64,000 nt of DNA from Octopus sinensis. Lineage: Eukaryota. Where the stretch lies: the NCBI RefSeq assembly GCF_006345805.1, contig NC_043006.1:54560001-54624000 (forward strand), read 5' to 3'. The notes below the pieces were generated by a model that was not told the origin of the DNA, did not search any database, and saw only the letters and a list, made by a program, of their open reading frames with translations. This document shows, piece by piece, positions 23,826 through 36,008 of the stretch (position 1 is the first letter of the stretch; every line of letters starts with the position of its first letter). The translations under genes and the position numbers were made by a program.

Positions 23826-25617
23826 AAAAGAAAAAAAAAGAGAGAAAAACAAGTACCAGATTTATAAAAAAAATATGCCCTGAGCTCAATCTGATCAACT
23901 AAACCCTTCAAGGTGCTGCCCTAGTATTGTTACAATCCTATGACTGAAACTAGTGTAAACAATGCATTGTGCATGTGTGTATGTATACACACTCACTGAA
24001 TTGAATTAAGAGAAATAACTCAATGTGGTCAGTAGCATGTATTTAAACAACATAAATTAATACAAGTATTTCAGATACCATATGACAAATTCTTAATTTA
24101 TTAAAATTTTCCCCTTCCTCTAGAGGATGTCATAATTGTCAAATGGCAATTAAGATTACATGAGAAGGGGAGATAATCTCACGAATCCACACTTTTTGCA
24201 AAGTTACATGTCATTAAGGAAAAGGTGATAAGAGGACAGTTGTGGGCATGTGGTTTTGGCATGACAGCTGTCCAACCTTATCTTCATTCACTGAAGGACT
24301 TAGACTTAAATAAAAAAGAATAGAAAATATTTATGGCCCATGTAAAACAAATACAATATACATACAAATGTGTTTGTGTGTGTGTTTTAGCATCCACTTT
24401 TCCATACTTGCATGGGTTGGAAAGTTTATTGAGGCAGATTTTCTATGATGTCAAGTCAAGGAATCAAATATAAAAGCATGCACTCACACATAAATATATA
24501 GACAGACTTCTTTCAGTTTCCATCTATTAAATCCACTCTCAATTCTTTGGTTGACTCAAGGCTATAAGTAGAAGACACTTGCCCAAGGTGCCATGCAGTG
24601 GGACTGAACCCAGACCCATGTGTCTGGGAAGCAAACTTCTTAACCAGACAGCCATGCTGTATGGCATGTTAACAGATTGTGCCATCACACATATGCACAT
24701 CATTCTGTATTATTTTTGACTAGTGACTGAGACCTATGCTGTGCTTGAGAAGGCCTATCAAGCCAAGTAAAATTGTAGTCATGTCTGATACTGGTGTCAC
24801 ATAACTGGTACATAAAAAGCACCTTTGGAGCATTGAATCTCACAGAGGCAAAGTGAGCCTCTTGGAGGCAGTGACGAATGACTGAAACTTTGGCATTATG
24901 TCATGCTTCAGAAGACCCATCAAGCTAAGTAAAATTGCAGTTGTGGCAGATACTGGTGTCACGCCAATGGCACGTAAAAACACCCATTTAATTCTTGGAG
25001 CAGTTGGAGTTAGAAAGGGCATCCAGCCATAGAAACCATGCCAAATTAAACTGGAGTCTGGTGCAGCCTTCCAACTTACCAGCCCTGGTCAAACTGTACA
25101 ACCCATGCCAGCATGGACAACGGATGCTAAATGATGATAATGATTTCCATGCTTCCATGGGTCAGACTGGTCACTGCTCACCTGATGTGGGTGGGTTTAG
25201 AGGATTACTTGTATATTGCTTAACATTTAATATCTGGTTTCCATGCTAGCATGTGTTGAATGGATTATTACCATGTCTTCTTCTTACATATCACTTTTGG
25301 TTATATGCTGTTCCTTATATCACATCTTATAGGGTGTGCCAAGTGCATTTCATTTTTGTGTCATGTTCTTGACAAGACTTATCAGAAGTGTCTAAAATGT
25401 AAATTATATGTCAGTTGGAAATTTTTTTTTACGTTGGACACAGAGGTAGTAGCAAATGTGGGCTAAGTAGGGAAGCTTCCATCATCAAGTACCATATAGC
25501 AAAGGTTGGAGATGTCCATTCACATGATGATTTCAGACTTCCAAAGTTTTACGTTATGGAGAATTAGTTCTCCATAAAGTACCCCAGCACAAACTAAAAG
25601 GATTTCAAAAAGATATG

Positions 25618-25829
25618 GTAACCGTTATGTTACCATATTTCTATTAAAATACACTGCCCTTGTTTCAGTTAAACTTTAAAAATAATGAAGAATTTAATAT
25701 CTTGGTCATTATTAAGCTCATCTGGAACATAACTTAGCATGACATTTTAATTTAAATCATTTTAAAGCACAAATTTTGTATCATATAGCACCAGAGCAGT
25801 TTTAGATGGGTTGGTATCAAAAGGGTTAA
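25618..25829. mobile_element. Second piggyBac-type MITE family (degenerate)
   Basis: Ends TAACCGTTATGTTACCA / TGGTATCAAAAGGGTTAA; a related fragment lies at about 42600-42990. Confidence 0.5.
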
Positions 25830-26145
25830 ATTTAAGTCTTTAGCTCAAAAAATATCTTCAGTTATTGTTGAAAAAAGTGACTGTTCTTTTCATGTTTGGC
25901 AGTATCTGATTCCATGTTTCAATTTAAGACTTGTTAAGTCTAAATGTTGAATTGACTAAATTCAAAATTGATATTTTATTGCTTCTTTTTTTAAACCATA
26001 TTGTTCATATGTTCTGTTAACTGTCTTTTCTTGTGAATGGTATGGATAAAACTATCTTTACAATGTTTTGATAATCATGTAAGAATTTTTTGTTACCTTG
26101 TAAGTGTAGCATTATTGTTAGTTGACAATTTTTGAATTCACAGAT

Positions 26146-26363
26146 CCTTTAGCATTCAGATTACTCTGTCAAATGTAATGCTTATTCAGTCTTATTGTTT
26201 TGAATTATCCTGCATTATCTTGTAGCTTTGAGATTTGAATGATGTGATTGTTTAATTTTAGAATGACAATGAGGGTAGGTGTCAGAGGTTGGATCTGGCC
26301 AGTTTGAACATAAAACAAGGTAGAATATTTGAGCTGGATATAGTTTAAATGATAAAGGGTTAA
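26146..26363. mobile_element. piggyBac-type MITE
   Basis: CCTTTAGCATTCAGATTACTCTG ... AAATGATAAAGGGTTAA; same family as 40861-41071. Confidence 0.75.
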
Positions 26364-26549
26364 GATTTTCCAGTCATACTTGTAATAGTTGTAGTCTGTC
26401 ACAACTGATTTATTAGTGTTGCACTGGAACTTTAAAATGCAGTGACTAAATCTGTTCAGTGTGGTTGTATGCATAGGTGCAGGTGTGGAATAACAATATA
26501 GTAGCAAAGGAATTCAGAAAACTTCCTGTTTTGAAAAACAAAATCTCCT

Positions 26550-28990
26550 GGTTTTTTTAGGGCAAAATTTGATAGAAATGTGTCCTTTAGTCAAAAATTT
26601 CATCAAAGTGTGCCTTCATGTGAGTCATGAACATGTGTCTTGCTTTCTAGAATATAGGCAGAAAAATAGTGTGTCAAACTTGAAGAATAAAATGATTGTG
26701 CTCCATATCTCAATTCAAACTCAAATATATCTCAATTCAAACTCAATTGAAAGAAGGCTCAACCATCATTTTACAAACAACAAAATACCAAACATTCACA
26801 TGGAAAGTATATCCTTGATCATTTCAGTATCCTTTTTTTGTCAGATGGTTCTGTCAAGCAGACAGTGATGACAATTGAGGGGGTTTCAGTTCTAGCAACC
26901 ACATGTGTCAGTGGAACCCAGCATAAATCATCTCTTGTTGGCCAGCTGAATGAACGATTTGGAAGGTGTGGATGCATTTGCCTCCCAATCTATCTGGACA
27001 GCAATGCCAACCCAATGTCATTCATCATATCTGCAGAGAAGGTATTGAGAAAGTTTGATATCACTTGTATTAAGTTTGTGATGAATGCATTTGCCCTGAA
27101 AGTCAAACTCAAGAGCAATGCTCTCATCATCTGACACCTGTTTCATCTTGATTGTGTGGTTTGAAGTTGGAGCAAACTGGTGATAACTTTTGCTGCCTGG
27201 GATAGTTTTGGTTAAAGCGAATCTTTCAGCTAGTTCATTTCGGGTGGGGTCCATTGCTGCTGAAGGAATGTACACAAATGTGATTCTTTGAATTGAACTT
27301 TCATGGAATTCAAACATCTGTTTTGCAGACAGAATTTGAGAAGCAGTTGGTCACTGCAGGTTGACTCTTGCTGTCAGTCTTTTCACAGACCCTCCTATTC
27401 CATCACAAAGTGACTTACCATGGCTGGTGGCAGTGAGGTGATGACAAAGATTGATGAAATGCTGCTCAATATTCTTCTTGCAATTCTTATATTGAGCAGC
27501 ACAACCATCTGAAAAATAATGAATGACTTCAATTGAAGGATTCAGCCTTTCTTTTATGTGATCTACTGTCTCCTTCAGAACCTAATGAACAAAACCAACA
27601 TCATGATCAAGAGCATCAGAAATGATGCAAATAGAAGAATTGTCAAGCACAATTGATTGCAGAAATAGACAATTACAGGATGGAGTGAGCACTGGGTCTT
27701 ATTCCAGTGATATCCCTGGATTTTGTCTTGCACAACAAATGAACAATTTTCAGTGAAGTCTGCCAAAACTACGGTCTCATTTGGCCCTATCATTTCTTTG
27801 AGGTGTTTCAAATATGTTGCCTGGGCATGAACAATGAATGAGTACAAGGTGATTTTGTCAATTTTTTCTGTTAGAAGGTCAACAAATTTTTGAACGGACA
27901 GTGACACAGTGACGAGTTCAGTTCTGTCATTGTTGTTCATTACTTAAATTGAATCTCATCAGCGACTTGATCACTGTCTGTGGCATTGCCATCCTCAACT
28001 TCTCCAGCACCATCTTGTTCAAGATGTTGCTTCAAAAATTCCTGAACTGGTTCTATTCCTGGGCAATTTTCACAGTGGTGTATCATGTATTCCTTTGAGT
28101 CTCTATCACACACCATCATTTCACTCAAATAGTGATAGGATTTTCCAGACCAATGGGGCTCAGCATTAATTTCAAATTTTGATGTATTGGCATACACACA
28201 CTGAATGAAAGTCCATCTGGTCCTACAAGAATGCACCATTTAGGATGGAGACTTACAAACTTGGAGAACCCAATTTTGTGTTCGAATTTTTCAATTTGTA
28301 TGCAGTATACACTTCTCTTAGATTACAAAGGAGTAATCATTTGGAAACATGAATGTTCTTTCCCACAGTTAGAAAATCTTTTTTTCTGGGCATTTGTCTG
28401 GAAAATTCATCATCACAAAAGTAAGTTGCAACCGCATCAAGAATCTCCTGATTGATTCTCTGTTGTGGAACAATATCAGGACATCCAATAATGCCTTTAT
28501 CATCATGCAACCAACCTGACATAAGCAAGAGCAAAACAATGAGAAACAAGATCATACTGATCAGATTTCGAAATCACGTGATAAGGTATTATCAGACTAC
28601 TTCATTCTGTGAATCCTGAATATTTCATGAGAATAGTGCTTTTGTGTGGCTGTTCGAGTTAAATTTTAGCTCTCATTTCTAGCAACTGCAAAAGGAAGTC
28701 TTGGAATGTGGATTGACTGAGTGAATTTTGACTGGTGACAGATCAGAATCATTCATGGTGTTGTTTAGAGATTCCCTGGTGGAGTCTAATTGGAGCTGTT
28801 CGTCATCAAACACTAAAGTTATCAGGTTCATCTGTATCATGTTTGTTTTCCTCTTCTTGGTCATTTGATATGACCAAAACTCTATACTTGGGGCAAAGCA
28901 TTTGTCCAGGAATGACCACTATTGCATAATTCTTTCTCAAGGGATAGACCAATTTCTCATGGACTGCCTGAAAGGGTGTAAATAACCATT
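26550..28990 (-). mobile_element. Degenerate DDD/E transposase, probably Sola2-like
   Basis: On - in shifting frames: VIPGQMLCPK; SPVKIHSV; FCDDEFSRQMPRKKD; LADFTENCSFVVQDKIQGYHWNKTQCSLHP; HYFSDGCAAQYKN; ATSHGKSLCDGIGGSVKR; TIPGSKSYHQF. Superfamily assigned from recalled motif patterns (DFxEN / SDGxxxQYKN / HGKxxxDGxGG), not from a search. Confidence 0.75.
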
Positions 28991-30164
28991 TATTAGCATT
29001 GGTTAATTTTGGAAGAAAATTTTGATGAAAGTCTTATCAACCCCACCACTGCTTGATGACCAGTATTAATTTTTTTACATCTCTGTAACTTAGCAGTTTA
29101 GCAAAAGTGACTGATAGAATAAGTATCAGGTTTGAAATGAATAAGTACTGAGGTCAATTTGTTAGATTAAAAAGATGGTGCTCCAGCATGGCCACAGTCC
29201 AATTACTGAAATAAGTACATGATAAAAGATATAGATATAGAAAATCTCAGAAAGATTAGGTCACATATTTGCCACTCAGGGTGGCTGATGTACCAACAGT
29301 TATGACCATGATTGCTTTTTTCCTGATTGTATATACCTGATGATATCCAAAGTGAATCATTCAGTGTTCATTGAAAACTAATATATAAAAAAATTACACA
29401 ATGCATCATTGTGCATATATCATATGTGCTAGCTTATAAGACACACACACTATCACAGTAATCACAGTCATATTTTACAATATATTTTGTGGGGAGAAAA
29501 AAAATTTAGTATGTTTCATTATACACTTATTAAAAATTTTAAATTGATTTAGTAGAAGAAAATGTGATTCTGAGTATGTAAATACAATATGTGACAGTAT
29601 ACTAGGAAAAAGTATGAAACCATAAAATATTTATCATATTTAAACTACAGAATACAAGTACCATTTCTCAACTGGATCTCTTTTCAGACCATCTGTATTG
29701 TTTATATTTTGGTCAAGAGAATTGCCAAAAAGAATGTAAAACTTGTATTTTTTGGCTATAATGCTTTGTGTTAACTGCAATCAGCCACTTGGGTAGCACA
29801 TCTCTACTATGGTTTTGTTGTCATCCACTCATTGCGAATAGCTGACAAGCCAATGAAAGTTTAATATTCCTTTCATTTTTCTAGGAGAATTTTTATGTTG
29901 GGAATTAAAAAATGTTTCTTAATGGTAACACAGTCATTTTGATCTTGTTGTGGTGCGTGTTGTTACGATGATTTAAGATTGAAAATGTTGACCCCATTTT
30001 AAAGACAAGGAATATAAAAGAAGGAATTTGGTTACTTCATTAATGAAGTCTGGCATTTTTTGTTTTCTCCCATTCAGGCTCTTGTATGTGTTTTAACTTG
30101 TTATAAGGAATATATATATTTAATAATGTAGCAGTATCACAGGAAGGTTAATGGAGAATGTAAT

Positions 30165-31075
30165 CTTTGTGTGTGTGGCAAATGTGCAGGTACAACAAGC
30201 ACTAAAAATGCACAAACAATAGACTCCCTCACATGTTTGGTGGGAATCAATAGAAGTAGTAGATAGCTTCTGTTACCTAGGAGACCAGAGTTGTAGATAG
30301 CTTTTGTTACCTAGGGCAAAGATCATAGAACTTCTACCTTTGTTGGTAACTAAGGGCCTCTACCTCAGATTGAAAGCAGATTGTATGATACCTATGTATA
30401 TACAGCTATATTACATGGCAGTGAAACATGGGCTTTTACTACAGAGGACTGACGAAGGCTTGAAAGAAATGAAGCTAGCATGTTCTACCGGATGGGCAAT
30501 GTCAGTGCGTATGTATGATAGTCTAAATGGTTTAAGAGGAAAACTGGGTATAAGAGGCATCAGATGTGTGCAAAAGAGAAGACTGTGCTGGTTTGGTCAT
30601 ATGAATCATATGGATGAGGACAGCTGTATAAAGAAGTGCTGAACTCTAATTGTGGAGGGTTCCTGTAGAAAGGGTAGACCCAGGAAGACATGGGATGAAG
30701 TGGTGAGAAAGGATCTTTGGATGTTGGGCCTCATTGAGGAAATAACATTGGACTGGGAGATGTGGTGATTTGCTTTACTTGATGAGTCAAACTAAGTAAA
30801 ATTGCTTTTTTGCTGCACATACAGGCTGGTCCTTTCAGGTGCCAGTGTCACATAAAAGCTCCTGTGCTGGTGCTGCATAAATGCACCTGTGCCGGTGACA
30901 TGTAAAAAGCACCCAGCACACTCTGATAGGTGGTTGACATTAGGATGGGTATTCGGCCATAGAAATCCTATCACAATAGACAATTGGAGTCTGGACAGCT
31001 ACCAGCTGACCAGCTCTGTCAAACTGTCCAACCCATGCCAGCATGGAAAGTGGACATTAAACAACAATAATGATG
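30165..31075 (+). mobile_element. Old 5'-truncated RTE LINE with tail
   Basis: ORF 30304..30642 (RGIRCVQKRRLCWFGHMNHMDEDSCIKKC) is a decayed match to 34435..35061; tail ends AACAACAATAATGATG about 40 bp before the ZNF acceptor. Confidence 0.8.
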
Positions 31076-31123
31076 CTTACTGATTTAATATGGCTTTTAC
31101 ATTTTTTTTATTTTAGTGTAATA

Positions 31124-31193
31124 ATGTCCAAAGACAACCCTGCTCCTGAACTTCTTTTGGAAGGTTATGAGGTTTATGATGGACCAAAAGGAG
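31124..31193 (+). CDS. C2H2 zinc-finger protein, first coding exon (MSKDNPAPELLLEGYEVYDGPKG)
   Basis: Acceptor TTTTTTTATTTTAG|31117, ATG at 31124, donor GGAG|GTAAGT at 31194. Its 70 nt end in phase 1, matching the phase-1 acceptor at 36008. Confidence 0.75.
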
Positions 31194-31550
31194 GTAAGTT
31201 AAATACAGTGTGCTTTTTATATTCTTTAATTTAAAAATAGTGTTTTAACCAAAGAAAGATAATCAGTACAAGGCTGTGTATAAGGCTGACTCAGGTTAAA
31301 TGTAAGATAAACACTCCTTTCAATGGATTACTTGTTAAAGATATATTTGAAGATACCCCTCATCCGAATGATGGAATGTACTTCAAAGAGAATGTCTATA
31401 TTTATATGTCTGTTTAAGATGTGAACATGTATGTATTTGCTGTTGAGTGGTAAAAGTAACTTCCAATAACTTGCTTATTAATTCTTGTTATTATGAATTA
31501 ATCATACATTATTGTGTATTACAGTTCTATATTTAAGAGATGAAGAATTA

Positions 31551-31819
31551 TGTACATTATTTACATTTGACGGATATTTGTACTCATCTTGTTTGTTGCT
31601 AACACGTTTCAGTGTATGGCGTAGTGGTTAAGAACACAGGCTATTAACCCCATGATTCCAAGTTCAATTCTAAGCTGTGACCTGAATAATAACAATAACA
31701 ACATCAAAAAATATCTTAGGAATGAGAATCCAGGTTCGATATTTCCCCATTTACCTGATGAGCCAAAACGTGTTAACAAACAAGATGAAGACAAATATCA
31801 GTCAAATGTAAATAATGTA
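31551..31819. mobile_element. Penelope-like inverted-repeat remnant enclosing a SINE head
   Basis: 31551-31610 is the reverse complement of 31765-31819; CTGATGA at 31755; a tRNA-like head GGCGTAGTGGTTAAG...GTTCAATTC lies between the arms. Confidence 0.55.
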
Positions 31820-33442
31820 TTATTGTGTAACTTTGAGCTTTCAATGATGTGATAATTTATTTTTAGAATGATGTATAGGTGCGAGAGTCCTGATCTGGCG
31901 AGTTGAACATAAAACAATAGCATATTTGGGTCCAATGTGGCTAGTTTAAATGCCAATGGATTAATAATGGGGAGGAAAATTTGTGAGGTTCAGTGACTTC
32001 AGTTAGAGGAACAAAAATGGTTAGAAAGTTAGAGAAGCTGGTAAAACTTCATGGTGGCCAGAAGAGCAAAATAAAACCAGAGTTAATCACAAGAATCCAA
32101 AATGTATACAGGGGTTTTATTTCATGATAATTAGTTACATGTAGATATTTTCTATGGGTTTGAGTATAGCTCTAGTTAAGAGATTCACTTTGAAAGTATA
32201 TGGTTCTGGGTGCTGCATGCTATTCTGGGTGTCTTCTACCAAAACCTTGGATCACCCTAAGCTTTTAAGTAAAACTGGTTTGACTGAAATTCTATAGGAT
32301 TGTACCAATTCTCAGGTGATAGCTTTTACCCCAATACTTGGCCCTTGGTGCCCTTAACAGATTTTGCTCTCTTACAGGTCCACAATTTATGGATTTGTTA
32401 CCTACAGCTATAATACCATGCTGATAGGTTATCAATACCTTTTCTTGTCACTATGTCATAATAAATTAAAAAGTTGAAATTAAAATGGATTATAAAAAGG
32501 GGATGCATTGAGGCATCAACAAATGTATGAGAGTGATAATGTCAATCATGTATTTATATACCAGTGATGTATTTAACAGACTATAAGTTGCTGAAGAACC
32601 ATACCTAGCTTTTGTCAACTTTCAGAAGATCTTATACACAACGTAATTTGGGACACTAAGAATAATTAGATTAGTGTTTGAAAAATTGTCATTAACTTCT
32701 AAGGTACTTCCTATGGATCTTTGAAATTCTCTTGTACTATTTTTCTTCATCTTAGTTTTGTACAAGCCTTTTAGTTACATCCTTGTACTAATATTTTATA
32801 TACATTTTATGTATCATTAATTGAACATCATTTTGCTATTTTTAAATTGACTGGCTATATAGTTATAAAATAAACAATTTTTGCAGGCTGGGGTACACTT
32901 GTTTGCATAGGTTTCATTACTTATTGTTATTTATTTTATCAAAAGGGTAGGATTTAAACACCCCACTCTCATCCAATGGTGTTTGAATTGAGAATTTAAA
33001 AAGAAATGGAATATAAAAATTTTAGTTTGCCTCTGGACCTCTTAGCATCTCATTCAGTACCTTTTAACCCTTTTATTACTAAATTAAGTACACAACAAAA
33101 CTTTAATAGAGAAGAATTTTGCAAATTATTGGATTATCTATCAGTTGAATTTAATGCACATAAGACAGGTATGCAATAAAGGTAAAATAGAATGAAAAAG
33201 GTTTACCATAAAATACTGGAATTTGTCTTTGAGGAAAATTAGGAAATGAAATAGATGCCATCAACTAAATGAGATAAACTCACAAATCAGACATAAATAC
33301 ACAGAAACACATATACTCATAATTCACAATCCAAATTAATCAAAATTTGTCACACATCTTACATATTAAATTAAAATTACAGGAAAATAAAAACAAGCTA
33401 AATTTGACAAAATATATCCATAAATCAAATTTATACGCATAT

Positions 33443-35698
33443 GTGAAAACAGGGAAAGCCCCAGGCCCATCAGGAATCACTGCAGAGATGCTCAAAATAT
33501 CTGGTAGTGTCGGCTATAGCCTAGTCACCCGTATAGTTAATCAGGTGATACACGAAGGAGTCATACCCAATGACTGGTGTAGCAGCATAATAGTCAACTG
33601 CTACAAAGGTAAAGGTGACACCCTAGATACAAATAACTACAGGGGTATCAAGCTGCTGGGTCAGGTAATGAAGGTTACGGAGAGGGTTATAGCCCAACTA
33701 ATTAGAGAGAGAGTTAGCTTAGATGAGATGCAGTTTGGGTTCGTGCCAGGGAAAAGTACTACTGATGCTATATTCCTGGTAAGACAGCTGCAGGAGAAAT
33801 ACCTAGCCAAAGATAAGCCCCTGTACCTGGCTTTTGTTGACATGGAGAAAGCTTTCGACAGGGTCCCCCCCGATCCCTTATCTGGTGGTCAATGAGGAAA
33901 CTAGGGATAGATGAATGGTTAGTGAGAGCTGTGCGAGCCATGTACAGGGACGCTGCTAGTAAGGTGAGGGTTGGCAACGAGTACAGTGAAGAATTCCGGG
34001 TAGAGGTTGGGGTCCACCAAGGTTCAGTCCTCAGTCCCCTCCTATTTATCATAGTCCTCCAGGCAATAACGGAGGAATTCAAGACAGGATGCCCCTGGGA
34101 GCTCCTCTATGCTGATGACCTTGCTCTAATTGCTGAGTCACTATCAGAACTGGAGGAGAAGTTTCAGGTGTGGAAGCAAGGTTTAGAATCGAAGGGCCTT
34201 AGAATCAACCTAGCCAAAACCAAAGTCCTAATAAGTAGGAAGGTAGACCAATCATAAACACCTTCAGGTAGATGGCCCTGCTCGATCTATAAAAAAGGCG
34301 TAGGTAGAAACTCTATAAGGTGCACCAAGTGTAAGCTATGGACACATAAGAGGTGTAGCAATGTCAAAGGAAGGCTAACTAGGAAAATAGTTTTTGTCTG
34401 TGGCAGATGCTCAGGAGCAATAAACACTGAAAATGTGCAGAGACCAACTTCTACCATGTTCCAGGGAGAAAAACTAGAAGTAGTTGATAGCTTCCGCTAC
34501 CTAGGTGACCAAGTCAGTAGCGGGGGTGGGTGTGCTGAAAGTGTAACTGCTAGAGTAAGAATAGCCTGGGCAAAGTTTAGAGAGCTCTTACCCCTGCTGG
34601 TGACAAAAGACCTCTCGCTCAGAGTAAAAGGCAGACTGTATGATGCATGTGTACGTACAGCCATGCTACATGGTAGTGAAACATGGGCTGTGACTGCTGA
34701 GGATATGCGTAAGCTCGCAAGAAATGAAGCCGGTATGCTCCGATGGATGTGTAATGTCAGTGTTCATAATCGCCAGAGTGTAAGTACCTTGAGAGAAAAG
34801 TTGGACCTAAGAAGCATCAGTTGTGGTGTGCAAGAGAGACGTTTGCGCTGGTATGGTCATGTGATGAGAATGGCTGAAGATAGTTGTGTGCAAAAGTGCC
34901 ACACCCTAGCAGTTGAGGGAACCTGTGGAAGAGGTAGACCCAGGAAAACCTGGGACGAGGTGGTGAAGCACGACCTTCGAACTTTAGGTCTCACCAAGGA
35001 AATGACTAGAGACCGAGACCTATGGAAGTATGCTGTGCGTGAGAAGACTCGGCAAGACTAGTGAGACTATAACCTGTGGCCTCTACCTGGTATGTAGCCA
35101 GTCGACTTATACATACCTTTCCTTCTTGGCACACAAAACTCCACTTGTGAAGACCCGTTGAGGCAAGTGAAAATCAAAATCAAAATCAAAATCAAACCAA
35201 ATCAAATCAGATATCAGAAAGCAGAACCAAAATCGTAGTCGATCAACATCAATGGAAATTACAGCTGTGATACCAGTGCCGGTGACAAGTAAGCGAACCA
35301 TCTGATCGTGGCCGTTGCCAGTGCCGCCCCGTGCTGGTGGCATGTAGCACCATCCGTTCGTGGCCGTTGCCAGCCTGGCCCCCGTGCCGGTGGCACGTAA
35401 AAAGCACCATCCGATTGTGGCCGTTGCCAGCCTCGCCTGGCCCCCGAGCCGGTGGCACGTAAAAAGCACCATCCGTCCGTGGCCGTTTGCCAGCTCCGTC
35501 TGGCACCTGTGCAGGTGGCACGTAAAAAGCACCCACTACACTCACAGAGTGGTTGGCGTTAGGAAGGGCATCCAGCCATAGAAACACTGCCAGATAAGAC
35601 TGGGCCTGATGCAGCCTTCTGGCTTCACAGACCCCAGTTGAACCGTCTAACCCATGCTAGCATGGAAAGCGGACGCTAAATGATGATGATGATGATGT
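33443..35698 (+). mobile_element. RTE-clade LINE, 5'-truncated, in the ZNF intron
   Basis: RT motifs KAPGPSG, QFGFVPGKST, FVDMEKAFDRV, GVHQGSVLSPLLF, YADD, YLG; frameshift at the C-run near 33870, stop at 34255-34257; C-terminal RLRWYGHV; 3' UTR minisatellite and (GAT)n tail; possible 6-bp TSD GCATAT (33437-33442, 35699-35704). Confidence 0.95.
35270..35535 (+). repeat. GC-rich minisatellite in the RTE 3' UTR (4-5 units of 52-62 bp)
   Basis: (C/T)GTGGCCGTTGCCAG at 35307, 35359, 35416 and 35478, each followed by GGTGGCA(C/T)GTA..AGCACC; an (AAATC)n run lies at about 35170-35205. Confidence 0.85.
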
Positions 35699-36008
35699 GC
35701 ATATACACTCACTCACTCTCTCTCACTATCATGTGGGAAAACTCTTTTTTTCTCCTCTGTTTATATTCTGAGTAATGAGTTGTTTCAAGTCACTTCAAAG
35801 GGAAAAGTTTAAAATAATAATCTAATGGGTTCTTTTCCTTGGAAAGACTGTGGCTAGGTCTAATATCTGAAACCTGGCTAAGTAGTTATTTCAAAGCATT
35901 TTCAAGTTAGCATAAAATGTTTACAGGATCATGTCAGATAGTAAGCAATTAGAAAATACTTAATTATGAATTATATAATTGATATGTTATCTTTTTTTTT
36001 TGTTTTAG

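Noticed and set aside
32378-32428. Alternative ZNF exon after TTTTGCTCTCTTACAG
   Set aside because: In-frame stop in phase 1 and only a weak donor (GTTATC).
35966-36008. ATG at 35966 as the ZNF start (ORF track, 944 aa)
   Set aside because: MNYIIDMLSFFFVL is the translation of a branch/polypyrimidine tract ending in TTTTAG; a phase-compatible upstream exon exists.
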